Both the position numbers and the translations under genes were made by a program. Positions 8,719 through 17,315 of a stretch of 64,000 nucleotides of DNA are shown here, piece by piece. The notes beneath the pieces were generated by a model. It was not told the DNA's origin. It saw nothing but the letters and a program-made list of their open reading frames with translations, and did not search any database. Each line of letters opens with the position of its first letter. The first letter of the stretch is position 1. The stretch covers positions 1,210,490-1,274,489 of the forward strand of contig JBGLNH010000001.1 of NCBI GenBank assembly GCA_041320535.1. The letters are read 5' to 3'. The stretch comes from Candidatus Aminicenantes bacterium (GTDB lineage: Bacteria; Acidobacteriota; Aminicenantia; Aminicenantales; Saccharicenantaceae).

Positions 8719-9527
8719 GCTTGGCCAAGAAACAGCGCCGCACGCCCCCCGCCGCCGTGGTCACCGGCGCCGGCCGGGGCATCGGCCGGGCGATCGTCCT
8801 CGCCCTGGCCGGGGAAGGGTTCGACGTCGTCGGGATCGACATCGTCTTCGAGCCCGGCGACCGCAGGAAGGGCCTCTTCGAGGTCAAGGACCGGGTCGCG
8901 GAGCTCGGCGGGAGGTTCCTGCCCGTCGCCGGGGACGTCGCGCGGATCGAGGACCACGACCGGATGCTCGACGCCGCGGCCGGCGTGTGCGGCCGCATCG
9001 ACGTCCTGGTCAACAACGCCGGGGTCGCCCCGGCCCGCCGCGTCGACGTCCTGGAGACCGCCCCCGCGAGCTACGACCGGCTGATGGGGATCAACGCCCG
9101 CGGCCCGTTCTTCCTGACCCAGAACGCGGCCCGGCGGATGGCCGCCCAGAAGCCGCGCCCGGACGGGCCACGGCCCTCGATCGTCTTCATCACCTCCATC
9201 TCGGCCCAGGTCTCCTCGGCGGCGCGGGCCGAGTACTGCGTCTCCAAGGCCGCCCTGAGCATGACCGCGACCGTCTTCGCCGACGCGCTCGCGGCCAAGG
9301 GCATCGACGTCTTCGAGGTCCGGCCCGGGATCGTCGCCACCGACATGACCGCCGGCGTCAAGGCGAAGTACGACCGGCTCATCGCCGGGGGCCTCGTCCC
9401 CCAGGGGCGGTGGGGGCGGCCCGAGGACGTCGGGCGGGCCGTGGCCGCCCTCGCCCGCGGCGACTTCGCCTTCTCGACCGGGACCGTCCTCGAGGTCAGC
9501 GGGGGCATGAACATCCGCCGCCTCTGA
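8715..9527 (+). CDS. short-chain dehydrogenase/reductase (SDR)
   Basis: TGAGRGIG cofactor motif, NNAG motif, and a catalytic YxxxK (YCVSK). Confidence 0.85.
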   Translation: MSLAKKQRRTPPAAVVTGAGRGIGRAIVLALAGEGFDVVGIDIVFEPGDRRKGLFEVKDRVAELGGRFLPVAGDVARIEDHDRMLDAAAGVCGRIDVLVNNAGVAPARRVDVLETAPASYDRLMGINARGPFFLTQNAARRMAAQKPRPDGPRPSIVFITSISAQVSSAARAEYCVSKAALSMTATVFADALAAKGIDVFEVRPGIVATDMTAGVKAKYDRLIAGGLVPQGRWGRPEDVGRAVAALARGDFAFSTGTVLEVSGGMNIRRL

Positions 9528-9591
9528 GCCGGCGGGCCCTTTTGCGGGCCCCCCGCGGCTGTGGTATGTTATCCGGGAACAGGAGGGAAAC

Positions 9592-10281
9592 ATGAGCGCT
9601 CAAAAAACCCAGGGCCGCATCTTCTGGGGCCTTCTCCTCATCGTCCTCGGAGGCCTCTTCCTGCTCGACCGGATGGACAGGATCGACTTCGGGGACCTCA
9701 TCGGCCGCTACTGGCCGGTCGTCTTCATCATCCTCGGCCTCTCCATCCTGCTCAGCAACAACTTCAAGAACGTCGGCTCCGGCATCTTCTTCATCGCCTT
9801 CGGCGCGTTCTTCCTGCTCATCCGGATGAGGGTCTTCGACAAGGCCCTCTGGTCCTACGTCTGGCCGCTGGCCATCATCGCCGCCGGCGTCTGGATCCTC
9901 TTCCGGCCCCTGTGGGACCGGGACAGGGCGCGAGCCTCCGCGACGGCCTCCGACGACCTGGACATCAGCCAGGTCTTCTCGGGCTCGTCGCGCAAGATCG
10001 AGTCCCAGAGCTTCCGCGGCGGCAAGGCCGACGTCGTCTTCGGCTCGGCCGAGATCGACCTCCGCGGGGCCCGCCTGGCCGGCGGCCAGGCCACCCTCGT
10101 CCTGTCGGCCGTCTTCGGCGGCATCGAGGTCTTCGTCCCCCGCGACTGGCAGGTCGTCCTCGAAGTCTCGCCGGTGCTCGGCTCGATCGAGAGCCGCAAG
10201 GCCATTTCCGACCTTCCCAAGACCCAGACCTTGACCGTCAAGGCCTCGGCCGTCTTCGGCTCGGTCGAGGTCAAGGAGTGA
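9592..10281 (+). CDS. LiaF-like membrane protein (cell-wall-stress LiaF/DUF2154-type C-terminal domain)
   Basis: Four N-terminal TM helices followed by a beta-rich domain (..ADVVFGSAEIDLRGA..AVFGGIEVFVP..AVFGSVEVKE). RBS GGAGGG before the ATG. Confidence 0.65.
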   Translation: MSAQKTQGRIFWGLLLIVLGGLFLLDRMDRIDFGDLIGRYWPVVFIILGLSILLSNNFKNVGSGIFFIAFGAFFLLIRMRVFDKALWSYVWPLAIIAAGVWILFRPLWDRDRARASATASDDLDISQVFSGSSRKIESQSFRGGKADVVFGSAEIDLRGARLAGGQATLVLSAVFGGIEVFVPRDWQVVLEVSPVLGSIESRKAISDLPKTQTLTVKASAVFGSVEVKE

Positions 10282-10286
10282 GCGCG

Positions 10287-11081
10287 ATGAGGAAAGGGCT
10301 GCTCTGGACCCTGGCCGTCGCCCTGACCGTCGGCTCGGCCGTCTATCAGCGGATGACCGGTCCGACCTATCCGTTGAGAGGCAAGGCCGCCGTCGGCGGG
10401 GCCGAGATCCGGTACGAGCTGGCGCGGAGCGCGGAGACGACCGCCGACGCCGAAGTGGCCGTCCCCGCGCCGGCCCCGCTCGAAGGATGGATCGAGTGGA
10501 AGCGCTTCCCCACCGAGGACGACTGGACCCGCGCGGAGCTCGTCCGCGAAGGCGATCGCCTCGTCGGCCGCCTGCCCCGCCAGCCGGCGGCCGGCAAGGT
10601 GGCCTACAAGATCGTCCTCGCGAGCGGCGGGAACGAGACCGCGATCGGCGGCGAGAGGCCGGTCGTCCTCCGTTACAAGGACCCCGTGCCGTCCTGGGTC
10701 CTCATCCCGCACGTCCTGATCATCTTCGCCGGCATGCTCTTCTCGACGGCGGCCGGATTGGCCGCCCTCGACAGGAAACGGAACCCGAGGCGGCTCGTCC
10801 TTTGGGCTGTCGGGCTCCTCTTCGTCGGGGGCTTCATCCTCGGGCCGCTCATGCAGAAGTTCGCCTTCGGCGTCGCCTGGACGGGCTTCCCCTTGGGAAC
10901 GGACCTGACGGACAACAAGACCCTCGTCGCCTTCCTCTTCTGGATCGTCGCCCTGGTCGCCGGACGCAAGGGGAAGCCGGCCCGGCCCTTCGTCGTCGCC
11001 GCGTCGCTCGTCACCCTGCTCATCTTCCTCATCCCGCACAGCCTGCTCGGCTCCGAGCTCGACTACTCGAAGCTCGATTGA
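10287..11081 (+). CDS. hypothetical integral membrane protein
   Basis: ATG at 10287 in the frame of ORF 9561..11081 (MRKGLLWTLAVALTV..). One N-terminal helix, a soluble domain, then about 4 TM helices. The upstream part of the listed ORF is shadow sequence. Confidence 0.55.
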   Translation: MRKGLLWTLAVALTVGSAVYQRMTGPTYPLRGKAAVGGAEIRYELARSAETTADAEVAVPAPAPLEGWIEWKRFPTEDDWTRAELVREGDRLVGRLPRQPAAGKVAYKIVLASGGNETAIGGERPVVLRYKDPVPSWVLIPHVLIIFAGMLFSTAAGLAALDRKRNPRRLVLWAVGLLFVGGFILGPLMQKFAFGVAWTGFPLGTDLTDNKTLVAFLFWIVALVAGRKGKPARPFVVAASLVTLLIFLIPHSLLGSELDYSKLD

Positions 11082-11128
11082 GCCGGCCGTCGGGAAGAGG
11101 AAGAGATGGATCTGACAGGAGAGAACTC

Positions 11129-11494
11129 ATGAAACGCATCGCCGCGACCGTCGTCGCGCTCGCTCTGGCCGCCGTCCTCGTCCTCGGGGCCATGGCCGAC
11201 GTCCCCGAGAACGTCAAGTCCCTGGTCAAGCAAAGGTGCGCCGGCTGCCACAAGGGCAAGTCCCCGTCGGGCGGCCTGAACCTCGAGCCGGCCAATCTCG
11301 AGGCCATCATCGACGCGCCGAGCAGGAAGGCGGCCGAGGCCAGGATCGTCGACTCGGAGGCGCCCGAGACGAGCTACCTCCTGAAGAAGGTCAGGCGGGA
11401 AAGCGGGATCGCGGGAAGGCCCATGCCCCCCGGCAAGGCCCTGACGGCCGAGGAGCTCCGGGTCCTCGAAGCCTGGATCACCGGCCTGAGATAG
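11129..11494 (+). CDS. small secreted c-type cytochrome domain protein (PSCyt1-like)
   Basis: ATG at 11129 in the frame of ORF 10487..11494. Has a signal peptide, the haem motif CAGCH, and a later ..RPMPPGKALTAEELRVLEAWI motif. Confidence 0.65.
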   Translation: MKRIAATVVALALAAVLVLGAMADVPENVKSLVKQRCAGCHKGKSPSGGLNLEPANLEAIIDAPSRKAAEARIVDSEAPETSYLLKKVRRESGIAGRPMPPGKALTAEELRVLEAWITGLR

Positions 11495-11503
11495 GCCCGC
11501 CCC

Positions 11504-13186
11504 TCACTTCAGCTCGAAGCGGACGGTGACCGTGAAGACGACCGGCTGGGCCTTGCCCTCGTGGACGAAGGGCTCGTAGATCCACTGCCTGACGGCGTCG
11601 ATCGCGGCCTGGTCGAGGAGCGGGATCGAGCGCAGGACCATCGTGTCCGCGACCTTTCCGGTCTCGTCGGTCTTGACGCTGAGGATGACGACGCCCTGGA
11701 CCTTGGCCTGCCGGGCGACCTCGGGGTAGACCGGCCTGACCTCCTTGACGAGCCTCGGCGGCTTGATGTCCCCCTGGGCCTTGACCACGCCCTCGGCGAA
11801 CTTGTCGACCGCCCGGTGCCCCGCCTCGTCGAGGACGAACCGGACCGTGACCGTGAAGACGGCCTTGTGGGGCTTGCCGTCGACGACCATGGGCTCGTAC
11901 TTCCACTGCCTGACCGCGTCGATCGCGGCTTGATCGAGGACGGGGATCGAGCGCAGGACCCTCGTTTCGACGACATCGCCCCGCTCGTCGGCCTTGGCCT
12001 CGAGGATGACGACACCTTCGACGCGAGCTTGCTTGGCGACCTTCGGGTAGACCGGCTTGACCGACTTGACGAGCTTCGGCGGCTTGATGTCGCCGACGGC
12101 CCGGACGGCGTCGCCTTCGAACTGCTTGACGTCCTTGGCGCCAGTGACGCCGCCTTCCACTCCGCCCTGGACGGCTCCGGTGACGCCGCCCGTAACGCCG
12201 CCTTCGACCTGAGGCTCCTTCTTGTCGTCGAGCTTGAAGCGCATGGTCACGGTGAAGACGACCGGCCGGGGCTTGCCGTCGATGATCATGGGCTCGTAGA
12301 CCCACTGCCTGACGGCGTCGACGGCGGCCTGGTCGAGGAGCGGGATGCCGCGGAGGACCTTGACCGAGTCCACCCGGCCGTAGGTGTCGGTCGTCGCCTC
12401 CAGGATGACGACGCCTTCGACGCCGGCCTTCCTGGCCGCTTCGGGGTAGACCGCATGGACTTCCCTGACGAGTTTGGGCGGCTTGACGTTCCGGGAGGTC
12501 TTCCCGGCCGGACCCGAGACGTCGACGGTGGCGGCGCCCGGAGCGCCGGCCTCGGCCGCCTCGCCGACCCATCTGGTCACCCTCAGGGTGATGAAATAGG
12601 GCTTGAGCCCGGTCGTCTCGAAGCCGAAGACGGCCGCGTTCTTGTCGGGCAGGGTGAACTCCGTGTCGAGGAGGCTGGCCTTCTTGTCCGCGTCCTGTTC
12701 GTAGACCTCGATCCGGAACTGGTTGCGTTCCGGGACCTTGCCGGGCGTGACGAGGACCAGGTATTCCTGGCCGTTCAACCGGAACACGTGGAAGGACCTG
12801 TCGGACTGGCCCTTCTCCCAGACGAGCGTCGCTTCCGTCAGGAGCCTGATATCCGTGAGCCCGTAGACCTTCCTGACGAGCTGCTCGGCCTGCACGTCCT
12901 CTTCGAGCTCGAAGTTGGAGAGGTTCATGAACTTGAGGTACGACGACGTGACCGGCTTCCAGTTATCGGGCGCCTTCTCCCGCGCGCCCTCGAGGATCCT
13001 CATCTTCACCTCGAACGCCGAAGCCGTCTGGGGAGCGTACGGCCCGGCCGGCGCGGCGGGCCCGGGCTCCGTCGCGGCCTTCTCCGGGGCCGCGGGCGCC
13101 TCGGCCTTCTTGCCGCAGGCGAACACGGCCAGGGCGCACAGGACGGCCAGGGCCGCCAGGTACGAGGCTCTCTTCATGTTTGTCAT
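11504..13186 (-). CDS. lipoprotein with three tandem TonB C-terminal domains
   Basis: 560 aa. Lipobox LAVFAC. An unknown N-terminal domain of about 200 aa, then three copies of the motif KPPKLV..VYP..A...V.G.V.L......G.V....VLRSIPLLDQAA.DAVRQW.YEP. Confidence 0.8.
   Translation of the reverse strand: MTNMKRASYLAALAVLCALAVFACGKKAEAPAAPEKAATEPGPAAPAGPYAPQTASAFEVKMRILEGAREKAPDNWKPVTSSYLKFMNLSNFELEEDVQAEQLVRKVYGLTDIRLLTEATLVWEKGQSDRSFHVFRLNGQEYLVLVTPGKVPERNQFRIEVYEQDADKKASLLDTEFTLPDKNAAVFGFETTGLKPYFITLRVTRWVGEAAEAGAPGAATVDVSGPAGKTSRNVKPPKLVREVHAVYPEAARKAGVEGVVILEATTDTYGRVDSVKVLRGIPLLDQAAVDAVRQWVYEPMIIDGKPRPVVFTVTMRFKLDDKKEPQVEGGVTGGVTGAVQGGVEGGVTGAKDVKQFEGDAVRAVGDIKPPKLVKSVKPVYPKVAKQARVEGVVILEAKADERGDVVETRVLRSIPVLDQAAIDAVRQWKYEPMVVDGKPHKAVFTVTVRFVLDEAGHRAVDKFAEGVVKAQGDIKPPRLVKEVRPVYPEVARQAKVQGVVILSVKTDETGKVADTMVLRSIPLLDQAAIDAVRQWIYEPFVHEGKAQPVVFTVTVRFELK
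11507..12487 (-). repeat. three tandem TonB_C-coding repeats (about 86 codons each) inside the CDS
   Basis: Protein residues 234-319, 367-452 and 474-560 are mutually similar, joined by Gly/Val-rich and short linkers. Confidence 0.75.
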
Positions 13187-13199
13187 CGTATCCCTCCTC

Positions 13200-13676
13200 T
13201 CAGGGGGTCCTGCCGGCCCAGACGAAGACGGTGTCCGTGCCTTGAGGCCGATAGACTAACGTCTGGGCGGGCGTTCCGCCCACCCTGACGTAGGCGATCT
13301 CGAAACGGTCGGCCGGGCCCGCGGCGCTCGCGTCGAAGCCCCCCCGCCCGACCTCGCGGAGCAGCCAGAAACCGGTCGCGGCGACGACGAGGGCCGGGGC
13401 CGCGGCCGCGGCCCAGCGGTATCTCGCGGCGCCGCGGACCGGCGCCGGCCCTTCCCCGGCGGCGAGGCGGGCCGCCTCGGCGGAGATGCGCCGCCACAGG
13501 GCCTCCGCGTCCCCGAGCCGGTCCGGCGCGACGAGCAGGCCCCTGGCCTCGTCCCGGCTCAAGAGCCGGGCCTGGCAGCGCGGGCACTTCTCCATGTGGG
13601 CCCGGATGAGCCGATCCCTCAAGGGCCTCAGGGGCAGGGCGTCGTAGACGAGCTCAACCGTTCTGCAGAAGTCCAT
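13200..13676 (-). CDS. anti-sigma factor (zf-HC2 type), single-pass membrane protein
   Basis: ATG at 13676 within ORF 13200..13760 (MDFCRTVELVY..). Contains HMEKCPRCQ (Hx3Cx2C) and a central TM helix. It overlaps the sigma gene's 3' end by 23 nt. Confidence 0.7.
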   Translation of the reverse strand: MDFCRTVELVYDALPLRPLRDRLIRAHMEKCPRCQARLLSRDEARGLLVAPDRLGDAEALWRRISAEAARLAAGEGPAPVRGAARYRWAAAAAPALVVAATGFWLLREVGRGGFDASAAGPADRFEIAYVRVGGTPAQTLVYRPQGTDTVFVWAGRTP

Positions 13677-14226
13677 GGTCGTTCTCCAAAAGGGCCTTGA
13701 TCTTGCGGCGGGCGTTGAACAGGTAGACCCGGGCGGTCGAGGCGGAACAGGACAGCACATCGGCGATGTCCCCGGCCGTGTAGCCCTCGTTGGCCCAGAG
13801 CGTCAGGGCCGTCCGCTCGCGCGGCGAGAGCTTCGTGAGCAGGGCCGAGGGCAGGGGCTCGGGGGCCGCCGGATGGGGATTCCCCCCCCGCTGGAGCACG
13901 GCCGGCTCGAACCTGGCCCGCTCCGAGAAGTCCTTGAACCGTCTCTTCTTCCTCACCATGTCGAGCGATCTCCTGTAGGCGATGGTCAGGAGCCAGGTCT
14001 TGAAGCTCCTGGCCCGGTCGTACCGGTCGAGGCGGCGGAAGACCTGGAGGAAGGTCTCCTGGCAGACGTCCTCGGCGTCCTGCCGGTTCCCGACGACATT
14101 GAGGGCCACGGACAGGACGAGGTTGCCGTAGGACTCGACCATCGCCCGGCTGGAGACGGGGTCCCCCCGCAGGCAGCCTCCGATGATGTCCTGTTCGTCC
14201 ATGCGAGGTCTCGTCCCGTCCTCCAT
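13654..14226 (-). CDS. ECF-type RNA polymerase sigma-70 factor
   Basis: 190 aa with region 2 (..DAEDVCQETFLQVFRRLDRYD..) and region 4 (..LSCSASTARVYLFNARRKI..). The start could also be ATG at 14202. Confidence 0.85.
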   Translation of the reverse strand: MEDGTRPRMDEQDIIGGCLRGDPVSSRAMVESYGNLVLSVALNVVGNRQDAEDVCQETFLQVFRRLDRYDRARSFKTWLLTIAYRRSLDMVRKKRRFKDFSERARFEPAVLQRGGNPHPAAPEPLPSALLTKLSPRERTALTLWANEGYTAGDIADVLSCSASTARVYLFNARRKIKALLENDHGLLQNG

Positions 14227-14281
14227 CCGAGCCTACGCCCCGGCTCCCCGCGGCGTTTAGGGGCCCGGCCCTGCCTGTATT

Positions 14282-14310
14282 TTGACATCTTCGGGCGTCT
14301 TTGTTAAATT
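14282..14310 (+). promoter_or_regulatory. sigma70-type promoter, TTGACA-17 nt-TAAATT
   Basis: Hexamers at 14282-14287 and 14305-14310, which makes ATG at 14338 (RBS GGAGG) the probable start of the GGDEF gene. Confidence 0.5.
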
Positions 14311-14337
14311 CTCATGGACTCGCGCGCGGAGGTGCGG

Positions 14338-15261
14338 ATGAAGTCTAAGTCAGCCTCTCCCCGGCGGAAGGCCGCCGATCCCCGGACCGGCGAGGACCGC
14401 TACAAGGCCCTGGTCGAGAAGCTCCCCGTCGGGGTCTACCGGACGACCCCCTCGGGGTCCTTCGTCGAAGCCAATCCCGAGCTCGTCCGTATGCTCGGCT
14501 TCAAGAGGGCCTCGGACCTCTTCCGCCGCAACGTCCGGGACTTCTACGTCAAGTCCGAGGACCGCAGGCTCCACCTCCGCAAGATGTCGGCCAAGCCGAC
14601 GGTCTTCCACGAGTTCGAGCTCAAGCGGGCCGACGGCCGCAGGTTCTGGGTCCGCGACTTCAGCCGGCGGATCAAAGACCCCGACGGCGCGTTCCACTAC
14701 GACGGCATCCTGGTCGACATCACCGAGAAGAAGTCGGCCGAGCGCAAGCTCGAGCTGACGATGGAAAAGCTGCGGGTCTCGAACAGGAAGCTCGAGGAGC
14801 AGTCCCTGTCCGACCACCTCACCGGCCTCCACAACCGCCGCGGCTTCTTCACCTTCGGCCTCCAGCAGATGAGGATCGCGAAAAGGCTCAAGGAGGCGAA
14901 CCACCTCGTCTTCCTCGACATCGACAACCTCAAGGAGGCCAACGACGCCTACGGCCACGCGGCCGGCGACCTGCTCCTTCAGGGCGTGGCGATGATCCTC
15001 AAAGGCACGCTGCGGGAATCCGACGTCATCGGCCGCATCGGGGGGGACGAGTTCGCCGTCCTGGCCATGCGCTCCAAGGGGCAGGGCGAGCGCGCCCTCC
15101 TGGCCCGGATCGAGGAGGGCGTCGCGGCCTTCCGCGTCCGGGGCTACCCCCGGCTGAGGCTGTCCGTCAGCATGGGCGCGGTGGCCGTCGATCCGCAGAG
15201 ATATCAGCAGCTCGAGGACTTCCTGGCCCACGCCGACTTCCTCATGTATCAAGAGAAACGC
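14338..15261 (+). CDS. PAS-GGDEF diguanylate cyclase, 3'-truncated at a breakpoint
   Basis: PAS domain, coiled coil, and a GGDEF domain with an I-site RESD and the motif RIGGDEFAV. It ends ..ADFLMYQEKR. The remainder of ORF 14314..15612 is antisense of the CorA stub. Confidence 0.8.
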
Positions 15262-15426
15262 CTCGTCCGGGTCGAGGGCGGAGCTCAGCGTGTGCTCGTC
15301 GACCTGGTAGACGTCGATGAGCTGGCGCTTCTCGGCCTCGTCGGGATTGACGTAGAGGAGGATGGGGGCCTTGGCGTCGGAGGTCTCGACGATCCTGGAG
15401 TTCTCGATGACGAAGCGTTTGAGCAT
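15262..15426 (-). pseudogene. 5' stub (about 55 codons) of a CorA-family magnesium transporter gene
   Basis: ATG at 15426 after RBS GGAAAGGA. Reads MLKRFVIENSRIVETSDAKAPILLYVNPDEAEKRQLIDVYQVDEHTLSSALDPDE, then collides with the GGDEF gene. Confidence 0.5.
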
Positions 15427-15560
15427 CCCCGAAGTCCTTTCCGCGTCCGTGCTTCCGTGCTTCCGAGGCCCATTATGCTCCCGCTTCCCGCGCGATGGCA
15501 AGCGGCGCACGCCCTTTTTTTCCGGGGCCCCGTCAGGGCGAAAGCCCGGCCGGATCCCCC

Positions 15561-17315
15561 TCAGTCGATCTTGACCGTCTTGACGAGCTTCCCGCCGTGG
15601 CGCGACTCGTAGAGGACCGTTATCTCGCCCTTGCCCTCGACCAGGAACTGGTGCTCGATCTTGCCGAACCCGGGCACGACCAGGAACTGCAGCCCGGGAC
15701 GGTCCTTCTTGTAGGTCACCCGGTCGCGGTAGGGATCGACGAGCTGACCGCCGGCGACGACCTTGCCGCCGGAGACCCTGAGCATGTCCCGGGGATAAAG
15801 ATCGGCCCTCTCCGCGAGGGCGCTCATGGTCGGCATGGCCTTGGGATTGGAGAGCCGGGTCCGGACCCGGGTCAGCCCGCCGCCGAGGGCCTTGACCTCG
15901 ACGATCTCGAGCGAGACCTCGGGCAAGTGCTTGGCCGTGAACAGGACGGCCATGGCGTTGCGGTGGACGAGGTCCTTGATCTGGAAGGGCGGGCCGAGGC
16001 GGGAGCTCATCTTGACCAAGCCGCCGATCTCGACGTCGCCGTATTCGGGGTGCCGGACAGGCGCCCAGGTCTTGTAGAGGTCGCCCTGGACGACGTGGTC
16101 GCTGAACTTGATCCTGTCGCGCTCGGACACCCCGCCGGAGAAGATGTCGCTCACGGCCCGCTCGCGCGCCGTCCCGGGCGCGGGCCTCTCCGAGGCGCCT
16201 TGGAAGGCCTCCGCCTCGGCCATGAAGACCTCGGCGCAGTAGAAATAGGCGCCCAGCGTCGCGGTGGCCCACTCGCCGGAATCGCCGTAGGTCGTGTAGA
16301 GGTCCTTCCAGGAGATGAGGTAGCGGTAGCCGGGGATGATCCGCTCGCCCTGCTTGCCGAGGTAATCGTAGACGGCGATGTCCTGGGCCGGATACTCGCC
16401 GAGCCCCTTGCGGCTGGGGCCGCGCAGGATCATGCCGCCGTTGTTGTGGAAGGACCAGACGAAGACGATGTTGGTCCTTGTCATCATCCACTCGGCCAGG
16501 CCCTTGAGGCCGGCGCCGGAGAAGGGGAACTCCCCGGAGCCGCCCTGGACGTAGGGCGGGGCCCAGTCGTAGCCCCAGTTGCGGTTGGGATCGACGTAGC
16601 CCTCTCCGTCCTCGTTGATCCGGCCGTCGCCGTCGTTGTCGATGCCCTCGTCGCCGAGGACCGTCCACTCCCCCTTCTCTCCCGGCTTGACGCGGACCAT
16701 GAGCCGCGGGTCCTCGGGGTCGGTCCGGAACGGGCCGAAGGGGTCCCTCTTGCGCATGACGCAGATGTTGCCGTCGCCGTCGAGGTCGTCGGCAGGGTCC
16801 TCGTCGACGAGGCCGTCACGGTCGTCGTCCACGGGGATGCGCAGGGTGCGGTTGCTGTCGGGCGAGTTGGCGTCGGCCAGGAAATGATAGCGGCCGTCGA
16901 CGTTGACGACGGGCACGACGTAGAAGCAGGCCCGGTCGACGAGCCGTGTCAGCTCGTCGTTCTTTCCGTAGCCGCCGAGAAGGTAGTCGAGGAGGTAGAG
17001 CGAGATGTCTCCGCCCTGGATCTCGTTGCCGTGCATGTTTCCGTCGACGTAGATGCCGGGCTTGTCGAGAGGGGCGCCAGTCTTGGGATTGTTGACGGTC
17101 AGCGCCATGAGGGGCCGCCCCTCCTCGCTCGTGCCGACCGTCTCGAGCTTGGTCAGCCCGGGGTAGGCCTTGTGGAGCGCCCGGAGGGCCTCGTAGACCT
17201 CGTCGAGCGTGTAATAGCGGTCGAACCGCAGCGGGACCGAAAGCCCCGCCTTCTGGGCCGGCAGGGTCGAAGCGGCCAGGGCGAGGAGCAGGGCGAACGC
17301 GGCGATCTTTCTCAC
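15561..17315 (-). CDS. secreted M14-family zinc carboxypeptidase (catalytic residues present)
   Basis: GTG at 17315 after RBS GGGAGG, in the frame of ORF 15561..18890. Signal peptide, zinc motif DGNMHGNEIQ, SFHNNGG, Asp-rich DxDxDG inserts, and a later CAEVF glutamate. Confidence 0.8.
   Translation of the reverse strand: MRKIAAFALLLALAASTLPAQKAGLSVPLRFDRYYTLDEVYEALRALHKAYPGLTKLETVGTSEEGRPLMALTVNNPKTGAPLDKPGIYVDGNMHGNEIQGGDISLYLLDYLLGGYGKNDELTRLVDRACFYVVPVVNVDGRYHFLADANSPDSNRTLRIPVDDDRDGLVDEDPADDLDGDGNICVMRKRDPFGPFRTDPEDPRLMVRVKPGEKGEWTVLGDEGIDNDGDGRINEDGEGYVDPNRNWGYDWAPPYVQGGSGEFPFSGAGLKGLAEWMMTRTNIVFVWSFHNNGGMILRGPSRKGLGEYPAQDIAVYDYLGKQGERIIPGYRYLISWKDLYTTYGDSGEWATATLGAYFYCAEVFMAEAEAFQGASERPAPGTARERAVSDIFSGGVSERDRIKFSDHVVQGDLYKTWAPVRHPEYGDVEIGGLVKMSSRLGPPFQIKDLVHRNAMAVLFTAKHLPEVSLEIVEVKALGGGLTRVRTRLSNPKAMPTMSALAERADLYPRDMLRVSGGKVVAGGQLVDPYRDRVTYKKDRPGLQFLVVPGFGKIEHQFLVEGKGEITVLYESRHGGKLVKTVKID

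Noticed and set aside
14314-15612. A full 432-aa GGDEF ORF, and likewise the 474-aa ORF 60033..61457.
   Set aside because: The extensions beyond 15262 and beyond 60830 are antisense to other gene fragments. They are read-through caused by missing stops at the breakpoints.
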